Assembly (NCBI GenBank): GCA_035552195.1
Contig: DASZLU010000145.1
Coordinates: forward strand, 1,052 to 65,051
DNA length: 64,000 nucleotides
Direction: 5' to 3'
DNA from: Stellaceae bacterium
GTDB lineage: Bacteria > Pseudomonadota > Alphaproteobacteria > ATCC43930 > CGMCC-115725
The position numbers and the translations under genes were made by a program. Numbering within the stretch: the stretch's first letter is position 1; every line of letters begins with the position of its first letter. The notes below the pieces were generated by a model. The model made no database searches and was not told where the DNA came from. It saw only the letters and a list, made by a program, of their open reading frames with translations. Below are positions 40,141-50,501 of this stretch, in pieces.

Positions 40141-41001
40141 ATGAGCGAGAGCGCGAAGCTCGAGGAACTGCTTCAGCGCATCGCGACCGCGCTTGAGCGC
40201 CAGGCCCCGCCGGCGGGGCCGAAGAACGATGTCGATTCCGCCGATGCCTTCGTCTGGCATGCCGACCGCGCCTGGCTCGAGCCGGTCAAGAGCATCAACC
40301 GCGTCGAGATGGTGCTTTTGCAAGGCATCGATCGCGTCCGCGATATCCTGCTCGACAACACGCGCCGCTTCGCCCAGGGCCTGCCCGCCAACAACGTGCT
40401 GCTTTGGGGCGCACGCGGCATGGGCAAATCGTCGCTGGTGAAGGCGGCGCATGCGACGGTGAATGCCGAGAAGAAAGCCACGCTGGTCCTCGTCGAGATC
40501 CATCGCGAGGATATTCCGAGCCTGCCCAACCTCCTCACCTTGCTGCGTGGCACCCAGCGCCGCTGCCTGCTGTTCTGCGACGATCTTTCTTTCGACGCCG
40601 ACGATACGAGCTACAAATCGCTGAAAGCGGTGCTCGAAGGCGGCATCGAAGGTCGGCCGGACAATGTCGTCCTCTATGCGACCTCGAACCGGCGGCATCT
40701 TCTATCGCGCGACATGATCGAGAATGAGCGCGCGAGCGCGATCAATCCTGGCGAAGCGGTCGAGGAAAAGGTCTCGCTCTCCGATCGCTTCGGCCTCTGG
40801 CTCGGTTTCCATGCGTGCGATCAGCAGACCTATCTCGCGATGGTCGAGGGCTATGCAAAGCATTTCCATCTCGATTATCCTTACGACAAGCTGAAGGCCG
40901 AAGCCTCGGAATGGCAGATTACCCGCGGCTCGCGCTCGGGCCGCGTCGCGTGGCAATACATCCAGGATCTCGCGGGAAGGCTCGGCAAAAAACTCGACTA
41001 G
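40141..41001 (+). CDS. DUF815-type ATP-binding (AAA-like) protein
   Basis: Walker A ..LLWGARGMGKSSLVKA.. and Walker B-like ..CLLFCDDLSF.. are present. This family is often found near yajC-secDF in Alphaproteobacteria. Confidence 0.8.
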   Translation: MSESAKLEELLQRIATALERQAPPAGPKNDVDSADAFVWHADRAWLEPVKSINRVEMVLLQGIDRVRDILLDNTRRFAQGLPANNVLLWGARGMGKSSLVKAAHATVNAEKKATLVLVEIHREDIPSLPNLLTLLRGTQRRCLLFCDDLSFDADDTSYKSLKAVLEGGIEGRPDNVVLYATSNRRHLLSRDMIENERASAINPGEAVEEKVSLSDRFGLWLGFHACDQQTYLAMVEGYAKHFHLDYPYDKLKAEASEWQITRGSRSGRVAWQYIQDLAGRLGKKLD

Positions 41002-41035
41002 ACCCGGCCCAGCCGGGCTCAAAGGGAGCGAAGCG

Positions 41036-42382
41036 ATGGCGACGACATCGGATTACGCGCAACTGACCAAGGTCGGTCCCGGCACGCCGATGGGGAAGCT
41101 GCTCCGCCATTACTGGATTCCCGCCTGCGCCTCGGATGAGATCGCCGCCGACGGCCCGCCGCTCCGCTTGATGCTGCTGGGCGAAAAGCTCATCGCCTTC
41201 CGCGACAGCGAGGGCCGCGTCGGCATCTTCGATCATCGCTGCCCGCATCGCGGCGCATCGCTGTTCCTCGGCCGCAACGAGGAATGCGGGCTGCGCTGCG
41301 TCTATCACGGCTGGAAATTCGATGTCGACGGCAATTGCCTCGACATGCCGAACGTGAAGCAGCGCCATTCCTTCGCCGGCAAGATCAAGGCGATCGCCTA
41401 CAAGGCGCTGGAGCGGAACGGCCTCATCTGGGTCTATATGGGCGAGGCCGCCGAGGCGCCGCCCTTCCCTGGCCTCGAACCGCTGCTGCTGCCGCAGGCG
41501 CGGCTCAAAATGCGTTGGGCACAGCGCCATTGTAACTGGCTGCAGGCGATCGAGGGCGACATCGACACCTCGCATTTCGGTTTCCTGCACGAAGGCAAGG
41601 CTGCGCCCGAGAGCTATTCCGCCGATTCGGTGATCCGCTATCGGCTCGACGACCGCTCGCCCGACTATCATTGCGTCGAGACCGATTGGGGCACGATGTA
41701 TGCCGCCTACCGTCCGGCGACGCCGGGCCATCTTTATTATCGCGTCGCGCATTACCTCTTTCCGTTCTGGACGATGATCCCGAACGCCGCCTTCGGCACC
41801 AACCTCACGGCACGCGCATGGATCCCGATGGACGACACGCACACGATGTTCCTGCAATGCTCGTGGGATACGACGCTGGAGAATCTGGCGAAGGCCGATC
41901 GCGTGCCGGGCTTGGGGCTCAATTTCAATTATCAGCCGAAATCGACAGGTTGGTACGGCCGCTGGCGCATTGTGCCTGACGAGAGCAACGATTGGATGAT
42001 CGATCGCGACGCGCAGCGCGATTCGACCTACACCGGTATCGACGGCGTGCATCTGCAGGATCAGGCAGTCACCGAGAGCATGGGCGAGTGCGTCGATCAC
42101 AACATCGAGCACCTCACCATTGGCGATCTGATGATCACGCGGACGCGCCAGCGCATGCTGAACGCGATGCGCGATCTTGCCGAGCGCGGCATCAAGCCGC
42201 CCGGCGCGGAGAATGGCGATATCTTCCTCGGCGCGCATGGTGGCGATTTCGTTGCGCCCGAGAATGTCGATTGGCTCGAGACATACGCCAACCAACTACG
42301 CGCGTCGGCCAATCCGACCGGCGCCCTGCGCGTGCCACCCGAGCACGATCGCGTTAGCCGGAAACAGGCCGCTTCCGGCTAA
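41036..42382 (+). CDS. Rieske [2Fe-2S] non-haem-iron oxygenase, alpha subunit-type (class IA, phthalate/KshA/VanA-like)
   Basis: Rieske motif CPHRGASL-x14-CVYHGWKF. The catalytic domain has ..IDTSHFGFLH... No reductase or ferredoxin gene is adjacent. Confidence 0.85.
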   Translation: MATTSDYAQLTKVGPGTPMGKLLRHYWIPACASDEIAADGPPLRLMLLGEKLIAFRDSEGRVGIFDHRCPHRGASLFLGRNEECGLRCVYHGWKFDVDGNCLDMPNVKQRHSFAGKIKAIAYKALERNGLIWVYMGEAAEAPPFPGLEPLLLPQARLKMRWAQRHCNWLQAIEGDIDTSHFGFLHEGKAAPESYSADSVIRYRLDDRSPDYHCVETDWGTMYAAYRPATPGHLYYRVAHYLFPFWTMIPNAAFGTNLTARAWIPMDDTHTMFLQCSWDTTLENLAKADRVPGLGLNFNYQPKSTGWYGRWRIVPDESNDWMIDRDAQRDSTYTGIDGVHLQDQAVTESMGECVDHNIEHLTIGDLMITRTRQRMLNAMRDLAERGIKPPGAENGDIFLGAHGGDFVAPENVDWLETYANQLRASANPTGALRVPPEHDRVSRKQAASG

Positions 42383-42531
42383 CGCGTGAATCTTGCTCTC
42401 AATCTAAAACGAGGACCATGATTCACGTATCGCTCGGATCGCCTCCGCGATCCAAGAGATACGATCATGGTCCCCCGGGCGGAGTAACTCCTCAGCCGCC
42501 GACAGCTTCGCGGCCTAGCTTTTGGCCCCGA

Positions 42532-43065
42532 TTATTTCTTATCGGATGCGATGCTTTTGATATCCCCGTTGATTTCGCCGCCATCTTCGATGTGCAGCTT
42601 GCCGTAACGCACGGTGCCGCTGACGCGGCCCGTGCTGCGGATCAGCAGATTCTCGCGCACCGTGAGCGAGCCGTCATAGTGCCCCGAGATTTCGGCGCCG
42701 GTGATCTCGGCGGCGCCTTTGAACGTGCCGTTCTCGGTGACTTCGACGGTGTGGCAATCTTCGAGTTCGGCTTCGACCTTGCCGTCGATCACGAGACGAT
42801 CGCAGAACGATATCTTACCGTTCAGCGAAATGCCGCGGCCGACGGTGAGGCGTTTGGTCTCGTTCTTCGCCTCGTTTCGATTGTCGCGTGACCCGACCAG
42901 CGGCGTGGGTGTCGGCGTCGTAACACGCGCCACCGAGATCGATGTCGGTTTTTCCGTTGGATTGGGCAGCACCGCCGTGGTGCCGCTCATATCGGAGAGC
43001 GGCGTCACTGTCTCATGAATCCGATCGTCCGATTTTTGTTTGGCATCCTTCTCGCGTGCAAACAT
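42532..43065 (-). CDS. bactofilin-family cytoskeletal protein
   Basis: The C-terminal beta-helix repeats read ..LVIDGKVEAELEDCHTVEVTENGTFKGAAEITGAEISGHYDGSLTVRENLLIRSTGRVSGTVRYGKLHIEDGGEINGDI... The N-terminal ~80 aa look disordered. Confidence 0.85.
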   Translation of the reverse strand: MFAREKDAKQKSDDRIHETVTPLSDMSGTTAVLPNPTEKPTSISVARVTTPTPTPLVGSRDNRNEAKNETKRLTVGRGISLNGKISFCDRLVIDGKVEAELEDCHTVEVTENGTFKGAAEITGAEISGHYDGSLTVRENLLIRSTGRVSGTVRYGKLHIEDGGEINGDIKSIASDKK

Positions 43066-43188
43066 AGTTTTTCCCCTACTCGTGTTTCCTGACCGCTACG
43101 GGAAAACGATCTTGCATTCAAAAAGACGCAAAAAGAGCTTAACACGATCGCAGCGAATGCAACCGCGAATTTTGCGCTTGCAATTTTT

Positions 43189-44331
43189 CTACGCGAGGAG
43201 ACGGGCTGCGAGCCAGCGAATAATCGTCGGGTTCGTGTCCGGCGTATACCCCATATGGCCTACCGGATAAAACCGCGCCTCCTTCGGATTGCCGTGCTCT
43301 AGCAACAGATGCATGTCTTCGATCGGAAAGATCGTATCTTGCGTCCCATTGACAAGAAGCAGGGGTGCGCACGGCTTATCGAGCACGCCCTGCTTCAGCA
43401 GCGACAGACGCGGACAGAATTCGACCCAAGCGTCGAATCCGTCCTGGCCGAAAGCGCTCGCCAAAGTTTCGGCGAGCTCGAAAGCGTAGGAGCCGTGCTG
43501 CGCCTTCTCGATCCATTCGGCCGTGAAAGCAAAATGCGCGCAGCCGCCTTGCGCAACGACGGCAGCAAGCCGATCGCGATGCGTATGCGCGACTTTCGCC
43601 GCCCAATAACCGCCCGTGCTGCCGCCCCACGCGCCGACGCGCTTTGAATCGATCTCGGGCCGCGTCGCGCACCAATCGAGCACCGCGTCCCAAAGGCGCT
43701 CGGCATCTTCCGAGCCTTTGAGCGGCGCATCGCCGACGCCCGGCATGTCGATGATCAGCAGCGACAGGCCGGCGGCGATCACCGGCTCCCAGATCTCGGT
43801 CCGATCTTCCTTGAACGTGTCGATGCCGGCCCACATGATCAGCAGCGGCCGCCGCGCGTCGTCGTTGGACCGGCGAATGAGATAGCCGATCGAGCGGTCG
43901 CCCTCGTCCGGCCTGCCCGTGAACGGAATTTCGACGCGCTCGAAGCGATACGGCAGATGGCGCAACGCCGCGCGGTACATCTCTTGCGATTTGCGATAGG
44001 CCGCGCGCTTGCCTTCGGAATTGGTCGTCGGAAATCGCGCCATGCGATAAAGCCCGTAGGCGTGGAAGTAGTGATCCTTCGCCGCGCGGTCGTCGCCTTT
44101 CGCTTCCGCCTCGCGCGCCAGCTTCTCGAACGGCGCCGCCGCCGCGCTATAGGCCGCCGCCCATTGGTCGCGATCGAGCGAGGTCAGCTTGGCGAAGACG
44201 CCCTGATGGTCTTCGTATTGCGTGAACACCATCGGATGCAGCGCGCCCTTGGCTTGGGGCTGCCAGAATTGCCACAACTCTTCGATCGATCGCGTGTAGC
44301 GCCGCATGAACTCTCCCTCGTCGCGCATCAT
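43189..44331 (-). CDS. alpha/beta hydrolase, FrsA/DUF1100-like esterase
   Basis: There is a helical N-domain. The nucleophile elbow is ..VGAWGGSTGGYWA.. and a C-terminal His lies in ..YPVGHMGY.. Confidence 0.75.
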   Translation of the reverse strand: MMRDEGEFMRRYTRSIEELWQFWQPQAKGALHPMVFTQYEDHQGVFAKLTSLDRDQWAAAYSAAAAPFEKLAREAEAKGDDRAAKDHYFHAYGLYRMARFPTTNSEGKRAAYRKSQEMYRAALRHLPYRFERVEIPFTGRPDEGDRSIGYLIRRSNDDARRPLLIMWAGIDTFKEDRTEIWEPVIAAGLSLLIIDMPGVGDAPLKGSEDAERLWDAVLDWCATRPEIDSKRVGAWGGSTGGYWAAKVAHTHRDRLAAVVAQGGCAHFAFTAEWIEKAQHGSYAFELAETLASAFGQDGFDAWVEFCPRLSLLKQGVLDKPCAPLLLVNGTQDTIFPIEDMHLLLEHGNPKEARFYPVGHMGYTPDTNPTIIRWLAARLLA

Positions 44332-44378
44332 GCGGATGCGGCCCGGGACGCGTCAATCGGGGAAGCGTCAATCGCCTG

Positions 44379-45323
44379 CTAAGCGGCGACGGTGCCTTTC
44401 ATCGCAGCCATCGGCAGGCGAATGATGACGCGCGCGCCGCCTTCGGGCCCACGCGCAATAGCGATATCGCCTTTGTGATTCTCGACAATCTGCTTGGCCG
44501 TCGCGAGACCAAGACCGGTGCCGAAGCTGCGCGTGCTGAACAGCGGCTCGAAAATATGCGGCAAAACATCGGCCGGAACGCCGGGGCCGGTATCGGTGAT
44601 GGCAATCTCGATCCGATCGCCGATCGCGGTCGAGACGGTGATACGCGGTCGAATCAGGTCCGGCGTCTCGACCAGCGCCTCGAGCGCGTTTTCGAAGACC
44701 TTGACGATCGCGCAACGCAGACGATCCGGATCGATGGCGATCACCGCCCCGGCGGCGCCGAAGTGGCGCTCGATCGCGATCCGCTCCGGCACCCTTTGCG
44801 CGTTCAGCACATCGGCGAGCCACGAATCGAGACGAATCGACGCCGGCACCAGATCGCGTGAGCGCGCATAATCGAGAAGATCGCCGATGATGCCGTCGCA
44901 GCGGTCGATCGTCCGATGGACGCGGCTCATCTGCCGCGCGATATCGAGACCGTTCTGCGTCGCAGCCTCGCCGATGGCATGGATGGTGTTGCGGATCGTG
45001 CTCAGCGGGTTGCGCAACTCATGGGCGAGCGACGATGTCAGCCGGCCCAAAAGCGAGAGCCGCTCTTGTTGCAGGAGTTCGGCCTCCGCGGCGGCGCGGG
45101 CGCGCTCGGCTTCGGATTTCTCGGCCTCGACCTTGAGCTGGCGCTCGGTCAGCGCGGCATATTCATCGCGCAGCACCTTGTGCGCATGCGCGGTAAAGCG
45201 TCGCTCGCGATCGATCTCGTCATAGCCCGCTCCCACCAACGACAACAACGCTTCGAGGTCCAGCGAACCGTCCGAACTGGCTCGCTGGGCCTGCCGAAGC
45301 TGTCGTTGCAGCAGCTTGTGCAT
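44379..45323 (-). CDS. cytoplasmic sensor histidine kinase (coiled-coil + HisKA + HATPase_c)
   Basis: H-box ..SLAHELRNPLSTI.., N-box ..FENALEAL.., and G-boxes ..DTGPGVP.. and ..GTGLGLA... There are no TM segments. It starts 1 nt after the FIST gene stop. Confidence 0.88.
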   Translation of the reverse strand: MHKLLQRQLRQAQRASSDGSLDLEALLSLVGAGYDEIDRERRFTAHAHKVLRDEYAALTERQLKVEAEKSEAERARAAAEAELLQQERLSLLGRLTSSLAHELRNPLSTIRNTIHAIGEAATQNGLDIARQMSRVHRTIDRCDGIIGDLLDYARSRDLVPASIRLDSWLADVLNAQRVPERIAIERHFGAAGAVIAIDPDRLRCAIVKVFENALEALVETPDLIRPRITVSTAIGDRIEIAITDTGPGVPADVLPHIFEPLFSTRSFGTGLGLATAKQIVENHKGDIAIARGPEGGARVIIRLPMAAMKGTVAA

Positions 45324-45324
45324 T

Positions 45325-46452
45325 TCACGCTTCGGCGAAGGTGGTGATGGTCATGGTCTGGTTGTGCAGGTCGCAAAACGGCAGGCCTTCCATCGGGGCG
45401 ATCTCGCCGTAGGAATAGAAGCCGGTGGTACGACAGCCGGTCCCGAGCACATCGGCAACGGCTTCGACCTCGTCCGCGATCCGCTGGCCGAGAAGCAGTT
45501 TCCGGCCGATGCAACTCACGAGAATAGCGAGCTTGGCATCGGGAATGATCGCCTGTTCGGCGGCGCGGCCGGCGCCCGCGATCAGATGATCGAAATTGCC
45601 GAGCATCACTTGCGCGACCTGCCCTTCCGGCATCGAGCCGGCGAAGATCATCGCCTTCTTCTCTTCGTCAACACCGACCACGGTGCGCACCAAGCTCCAA
45701 TCCGGCTGATCCTTCGGATGGATGCGCAGCGGGAAGAGCAATGCGCTTGCCGGCAGATTGGCGGCTTCGGCGCCGAGATATTGCTTGTAAAGATCGAGCG
45801 CCGGTTGACCGTCGAGATCGTAGAGCGTGTTGCCGCTCGAGCGTGTGATGATCCGTTTGGTGCCGACCGCATCCCAGCCGCCGACGCTGCCGTGGCCGAT
45901 ACGAATCTTGTCGCCATAGAACCCCATCGCGACGACGCGGCCGGCCTCGGGATTAGCGTTGAAGCCGACATAGGTCGTTTGGAAATCTGCGCCATCGCCC
46001 GCAAGACCGCCGGTCACGCAAATCTCGCGACCGAGCACGTGCTGAATGCCGGCAACAAGCTCGGTGCCGTTCACCTTGGTGCCGTCGGAGAGGACAAAGA
46101 CATTGCGCAAACCGCGCGGCGGCAACGCGGCCCCGAGCCGCGTGCCGATTTCGAACGAGCTCTTGCCGGGCGCCGCGCGATCGTCGGCGAATTTTACTTC
46201 GGTCGCATCGAAGGCGATCGCGGTCGCGATCACCGAGCCCTCATGCACATCGATCGCGGCGATTTCGCCGCCCGTCGTGCACCCGACCAGCGCCGCGTTG
46301 GGATAGAAGCCGCGCAACTCGGCGAAACGCCCGCCGTCGCCGAGCGTGCCGGGCGCCGCGAAATAGAGAACGAGCGACGGCGCAAGACGCGTCTCTTCGC
46401 CGAGTACCCGCCAACCATGGCGCTTTTGCCAAAGACGTTGTTCGACCTGCAT
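45325..46452 (-). CDS. FIST N/C-domain signal-sensing protein
   Basis: 375 aa. The pattern ..LVLYFAAP...ALVGCTTGGEI.. ... ..GFYSYGEIAP.. is typical of FIST_N + FIST_C. Confidence 0.8.
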   Translation of the reverse strand: MQVEQRLWQKRHGWRVLGEETRLAPSLVLYFAAPGTLGDGGRFAELRGFYPNAALVGCTTGGEIAAIDVHEGSVIATAIAFDATEVKFADDRAAPGKSSFEIGTRLGAALPPRGLRNVFVLSDGTKVNGTELVAGIQHVLGREICVTGGLAGDGADFQTTYVGFNANPEAGRVVAMGFYGDKIRIGHGSVGGWDAVGTKRIITRSSGNTLYDLDGQPALDLYKQYLGAEAANLPASALLFPLRIHPKDQPDWSLVRTVVGVDEEKKAMIFAGSMPEGQVAQVMLGNFDHLIAGAGRAAEQAIIPDAKLAILVSCIGRKLLLGQRIADEVEAVADVLGTGCRTTGFYSYGEIAPMEGLPFCDLHNQTMTITTFAEA

Positions 46453-46539
46453 GGAGACCCCCGTCGGCTGCCTCCCCGATTGTGCACGGCCATGCTTAAC
46501 GGGCGGTAAAGTAGCGGACCCTAACCAGTTGTTTCGACG

Positions 46540-46599
46540 GTCACAATTCTGTCTTTCCGCTAAAGAACAGTCACAATTCTGTCTATCCGCTAAAGATAG
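46540..46599. repeat. 2 x 30-bp tandem direct repeat, each unit with an AATT-centred imperfect palindrome
   Basis: Units are gtcacaattctgtctTtccgctaaagaAca and gtcacaattctgtctAtccgctaaagaTag (27/30 identical). Each contains GTCACAATTCTGTC. The repeat lies 88-147 nt upstream of the FIST gene start. Confidence 0.85.
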
Positions 46600-46604
46600 G
46601 GAAA

Positions 46605-47696
46605 CTAGCGCGCGCTGGCTTGAATGCTCGGCAGCAGACCGATCGGATCGATCGCGCGCGTGCCTTGGCGAATTTCGAAATGCACTTGCGGCGTATCGAC
46701 CGTCCCGGTCGAGCCCGCTTTGGCGATTTCCTGGCCGCGCTTCACGACGTTGCCGCGCTTCACCAGAAGCTGCGAATTATGCGCGTAAGCGGTCATATAG
46801 CCGCCGGGATGCTTGATCAGGACCAGATTGCCGTAGCCGCGCAGCTCGTTGCCGGCATAGGCGACGACACCGGCATCGGCCGCGCGAACCGGTTCGCCGG
46901 CCTGCGCGGCGATATTGATGCCGTCATTATGCGTGCCATTCGGACCGGTGCCGTAGCGCTCGATAATCTTGCCCTGCACCGGCCAATCGAAGCCCTTACC
47001 GACACGCGGCGGTATCGGCCTGGTTAGTTCAGGCGTGGGTGCTGCCGCAGTGCCCGGTTGGCTTGGTTTTTCCGACGGTGCGCCCGCAATTGTGTCCGGC
47101 TTCGAGCCCGGCGCCGCAGATTCAGGCGCCGCAGCAACCGCCGAAGGTGAATGATCGGGCGGCTCGACCTCGGCAGGCAGGAAAAGCGTCTCACCGGCGC
47201 GCAGCCCGTAGGGCGGCTCAAGGCGGTTGAGACTGGCCAGCGTGCTCACCTCGACGCCGTAGAGCCGCGCGATTCCATAGAGCGTGTCGCCCGGCTTCAC
47301 GATGTGGAAGCGCTCTTGCGGCAGGTCGAGCCTGGTGCCGGCCGCGACCTGGAACGGCGGATCGAGGTGGTTGGCGTCAATGATCGAGCGCAACGGCACA
47401 TCGTAGCGTCGCGAGATTGTATAGAGCGTCTCACCCTTGGCGATGGTGATCTGACTCGGATGCGCCAGATGTTCTTGCGGCGCGGCGGTTGCCGGCGGCG
47501 ATGGCGGCGCGGCTTGAGGCTTCGCCGGCTTTGCGGGCGCGCCCGAATTGCTCTGCGCGACAGGGCTGGCCTGCGTGCCGGGCTCGGGCCCGCCAGGAAA
47601 GGACAATGGCGCAGGCGGGCCGCTACGCGCGCAGCCCGCGAGCGCTCCCGATACGATCGTCGCGATGATTGCCGCAAACGGCCCCAAACGGATCAT
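46605..47696 (-). CDS. nlpD: LysM-domain M23 peptidoglycan DD-metalloendopeptidase lipoprotein (NlpD-like)
   Basis: Lipobox ..SGALAGC. Two LysM domains (ITIAKGETLYTISRRYDV and HIVKPGDTLYGIARLYGV). M23 motifs are ..HNDGINIAA.., ..AYAHNS.. and ..PQVHFEIR... It sits in the surE-pcm-nlpD context. Confidence 0.9.
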   Translation of the reverse strand: MIRLGPFAAIIATIVSGALAGCARSGPPAPLSFPGGPEPGTQASPVAQSNSGAPAKPAKPQAAPPSPPATAAPQEHLAHPSQITIAKGETLYTISRRYDVPLRSIIDANHLDPPFQVAAGTRLDLPQERFHIVKPGDTLYGIARLYGVEVSTLASLNRLEPPYGLRAGETLFLPAEVEPPDHSPSAVAAAPESAAPGSKPDTIAGAPSEKPSQPGTAAAPTPELTRPIPPRVGKGFDWPVQGKIIERYGTGPNGTHNDGINIAAQAGEPVRAADAGVVAYAGNELRGYGNLVLIKHPGGYMTAYAHNSQLLVKRGNVVKRGQEIAKAGSTGTVDTPQVHFEIRQGTRAIDPIGLLPSIQASAR

Positions 47697-47740
47697 GGCC
47701 TATGGTTATGCCATGACACACGAATCGCCGACAACGTGTG

Positions 47741-48391
47741 TTAGCGCGCGGCGCTGCGCGGCAGGCCGGCGACCAGGGGCACGAAGCGTACCGGGCAGAG
47801 ATCCTCGCTCTGCCAGCTCTCGGCCGTCCGCCGCAGCCGCATGAGGGTCTGGTCGCGCTTATCCTCGCCGATCGGCGCCACCATGACACCGCCCTCGGCC
47901 AGGCTTTCCATCAGCGCATCGGACAGATTGGCCGCCGCCGCGGTGACAATGATGCGATCAAAGCTCGGCTGTTCCGGCCAGGCCTTGGTGCCGTCGCCGA
48001 ACCGGGCCGTAATGTTGTTGAGCCGCAGATCCTTGAAGAGCTTGTCCGCCGTCGCCGCCATGGCGCGATGGCGCTCGACCGTGAAAACGCGGCGCGCGAG
48101 CTTGGCCAGCACCGCCGCCTGATAGCCCGAGCCGGTGCCGATCTCCAAAACCATGTGCCGGTTGGTCACTTCGAGCGCCTCCGTCATCAGCGCCACGATA
48201 TAGGGTTGGCTGATCGTCTGGCCGTGGCCGATCGGTAGCGCGACATTTTCGTAAGCGCGGTCGCGGAAGGTCGGCGGCACGAATTTCTCGCGCGGCACAT
48301 CGGCGATGGCTTTCAGCACCCGCTCATCGCTGATGCCTTGGGAACGCAATTCCTCGACCAGCCGCGCCGCCTTCGGATCGCGTACGCTCAT
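47741..48391 (-). CDS. pcm: protein-L-isoaspartate O-methyltransferase
   Basis: ATG 48391 (ATGA overlap with the surE stop). Motifs ..TISQPYIVALM.. and the SAM motif ..VLEIGTGSGYQAAVLA.. are present. Confidence 0.93.
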   Translation of the reverse strand: MSVRDPKAARLVEELRSQGISDERVLKAIADVPREKFVPPTFRDRAYENVALPIGHGQTISQPYIVALMTEALEVTNRHMVLEIGTGSGYQAAVLAKLARRVFTVERHRAMAATADKLFKDLRLNNITARFGDGTKAWPEQPSFDRIIVTAAAANLSDALMESLAEGGVMVAPIGEDKRDQTLMRLRRTAESWQSEDLCPVRFVPLVAGLPRSAAR

Positions 48392-49200
48392 CGCCGCTTC
48401 TTCCGCGCCCGCGGCGGTTCGAGAAAAGACTGCCGCAACCGACTCAGCGCGCGGCGATTGGTGAGATCGAGGAAGATCGGCGTCACGGCGACATAGCCTT
48501 CGGCGACGGCGCGCACGTCGCTTCCCGGCCGCGTCTTCGCCTCGTCGCGCTGCGGCCCGATCCAGTAATAGGGCCGGCCGCGCGGATCGACGCGCTCGAT
48601 CAGATGGTCGCCGATCTTGCGGCCGCCTTGTGCCGCCGGAAGGATGCCCTTCACTTGCGCCGGCTTTAGTTGCGGGAAATTCACGTTGTAGAAGGAATCC
48701 TGCGGCCAAGGCAGGGCCGCGAGACGGCGGATCACCTTCGGCGCCCAGTCCGCCGCCGCCGACCAATCGATCTTGCGGTCATCGCCGATATGCTGACTGA
48801 AGGCGATGGCTTTCAGATCGAGCAGGCTCGCTTCCATCGCCGCGGCGATCGTGCCCGAATAGGTCACATCCTCACCCATATTGGCGCCGCCATTGACGCC
48901 CGACAGCACCAGATCGGGCGGCCGCTGATCTTTCAGCACCGCATTCATCGCAAGCAGCACGCAATCCGTCGGCGTGCCGTCGACGGCGAAGCGGCGCGGC
49001 CCGAGTTGGCGCACGCGTAGCGGTCGCGTCAGGGTCAGCGAGTGGCTGGCGCCGCTTTGCTCCTGTTCGGGCGCGACGATCCATACATCCTTGCTGAGAC
49101 TCTGGGCGACGCGCGCCAGCAGCTTGATGCCGGGCGCTTCGATACCATCGTCATTGCAAACCAGAATGCGGGCGTGCGCGAGATCGATGCCCTCACCCAT
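48388..49200 (-). CDS. surE: 5'/3'-nucleotidase SurE
   Basis: ..[16 protein letters not shown].. is present. ATG 49200 is chosen, overlapping the serS stop by 8 nt. Confidence 0.92.
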   Translation of the reverse strand: MGEGIDLAHARILVCNDDGIEAPGIKLLARVAQSLSKDVWIVAPEQEQSGASHSLTLTRPLRVRQLGPRRFAVDGTPTDCVLLAMNAVLKDQRPPDLVLSGVNGGANMGEDVTYSGTIAAAMEASLLDLKAIAFSQHIGDDRKIDWSAAADWAPKVIRRLAALPWPQDSFYNVNFPQLKPAQVKGILPAAQGGRKIGDHLIERVDPRGRPYYWIGPQRDEAKTRPGSDVRAVAEGYVAVTPIFLDLTNRRALSRLRQSFLEPPRARKKRR

Positions 49201-50485
49201 CGGGGCGCAGGACCTCCACCCCTCCCATATAGGGCCGGAGCGCCGGAGGGATCGCGATCGAGCCATCTTTTTGCTGATGATTCTCGAGGACCGCGATCAG
49301 CGTGCGGCCGACCGCCAGGGCGGAGCCGTTGAAGGTATGGACGAAGCGATTGCCCCCTGACTTTTTATTGGGCCCCTCTTTGGGCTTGAAGCGCGCGTTC
49401 ATGCGCCGCGCCTGGAACTCGCCGCATTGCGAGCAGCTCGAAATCTCGCGATAGGCGTTCTGCGCCGGCAGCCAGACCTCGATGTCGTACGTCTTGCGCG
49501 AGGAGAATCCCATATCGCCGGTGCAGAGCAACATCACGCGATAGGGCAGATCGAGCCGCTTAAGGATTTCCTCGGCACAAGCGGTCATGCGCTCATGCTC
49601 TTCATGCGCCTGGTCGGGATGCGCGATCGAGACGAGCTCGACCTTGTTGAATTGATGCTGGCGGATCATGCCGCGGGTATCTTTACCAGCCGCCCCTGCT
49701 TCCGAACGAAAGCAGGGCGTCCAGGCGGTGAAGCGCAGCGGCAATGCCGCCTCATCGAGGATTTCATTGGCGACGAGATTGCTCAGCGGCACTTCCGCCG
49801 TCGGGATGAGCCAGAAGTCGTTTGTCGTGCGGAAAAGATCTTCGGCGAATTTCGGTAGTTGACCGGTGCCGAAGGCCGCGTCGTCGCGCACGAGCAAGGG
49901 CGGCGCGACTTCGGTGTAGCCGTATTCGCGCGTATGCATATCAAGCATGAACGCCGCCAAGGCGCGCTCCAAGCGCGCGAGGCCACCGCTGAGCACAACG
50001 AAACGCGCACCCGACATTTTGCCGGCGCGCGCGAAGTCCATCTGCTTGAGCCCCTCGCCCAGCGCGACGTGATCTTTCGGCGCGAAGGCGAATTCGCGCG
50101 GCGTGCCGTGGCTGCGCATGAGCTTGTTGTCGTGCTCGTCCTTGCCGTCAGGCACATCGTCGAGCGGCAGGTTCGGTATGCCGGCGAGCAACGTGTCGAT
50201 CTCGGTCTTGAGCTTGCCGGCTTCGGCCTCGAGCCGCGCCTGCTCGTCCTTACTTGTAGCGACCTGCTCCATGATCGCGCTGGCGTCACCGCCCTTCGCC
50301 TTCACCGCGCCGATCTCGCGCGCGAGCTTGTTCCGCTCGGCCTGCAGCGTCTCCGCTTTGGTCTGGGTCGCGCGCCATTCCTTATCGAGCGCGAGGATTT
50401 CGAGCGATTTTGGCGGCAGGCCGCGCCGGGCGAGGCCCTTATCGAAAGCCGCCGGATCGTCGCGAATGGTCTTCAGATCGAACAT
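49193..50485 (-). CDS. serS: seryl-tRNA synthetase
   Basis: 430 aa with an N-terminal coiled coil. Class-II motifs ..LIPTAEVPL.., ..RQHQFNKVE.. and ..[10 protein letters not shown].. are present. Confidence 0.96.
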   Translation of the reverse strand: MFDLKTIRDDPAAFDKGLARRGLPPKSLEILALDKEWRATQTKAETLQAERNKLAREIGAVKAKGGDASAIMEQVATSKDEQARLEAEAGKLKTEIDTLLAGIPNLPLDDVPDGKDEHDNKLMRSHGTPREFAFAPKDHVALGEGLKQMDFARAGKMSGARFVVLSGGLARLERALAAFMLDMHTREYGYTEVAPPLLVRDDAAFGTGQLPKFAEDLFRTTNDFWLIPTAEVPLSNLVANEILDEAALPLRFTAWTPCFRSEAGAAGKDTRGMIRQHQFNKVELVSIAHPDQAHEEHERMTACAEEILKRLDLPYRVMLLCTGDMGFSSRKTYDIEVWLPAQNAYREISSCSQCGEFQARRMNARFKPKEGPNKKSGGNRFVHTFNGSALAVGRTLIAVLENHQQKDGSIAIPPALRPYMGGVEVLRPDG

Positions 50486-50501
50486 TTCTCGCCACTATAG
50501 A

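Noticed and set aside
40919-42295. 458-aa minus-strand ORF opposite the Rieske oxygenase
   Set aside because: It is a shadow ORF. The plus strand carries the CxH...CxxH Rieske motif and a coherent oxygenase domain.
45316-46509. 397-aa plus-strand ORF opposite the FIST gene
   Set aside because: It is a shadow ORF with no motifs, whereas the minus strand gives a full FIST_N/FIST_C pattern directly followed by its kinase.
46540-46599. Possible CRISPR array
   Set aside because: There are only two repeat units. They are directly adjacent with no spacer, and no cas genes are present in the window. I treat it as a tandem operator-like repeat instead.
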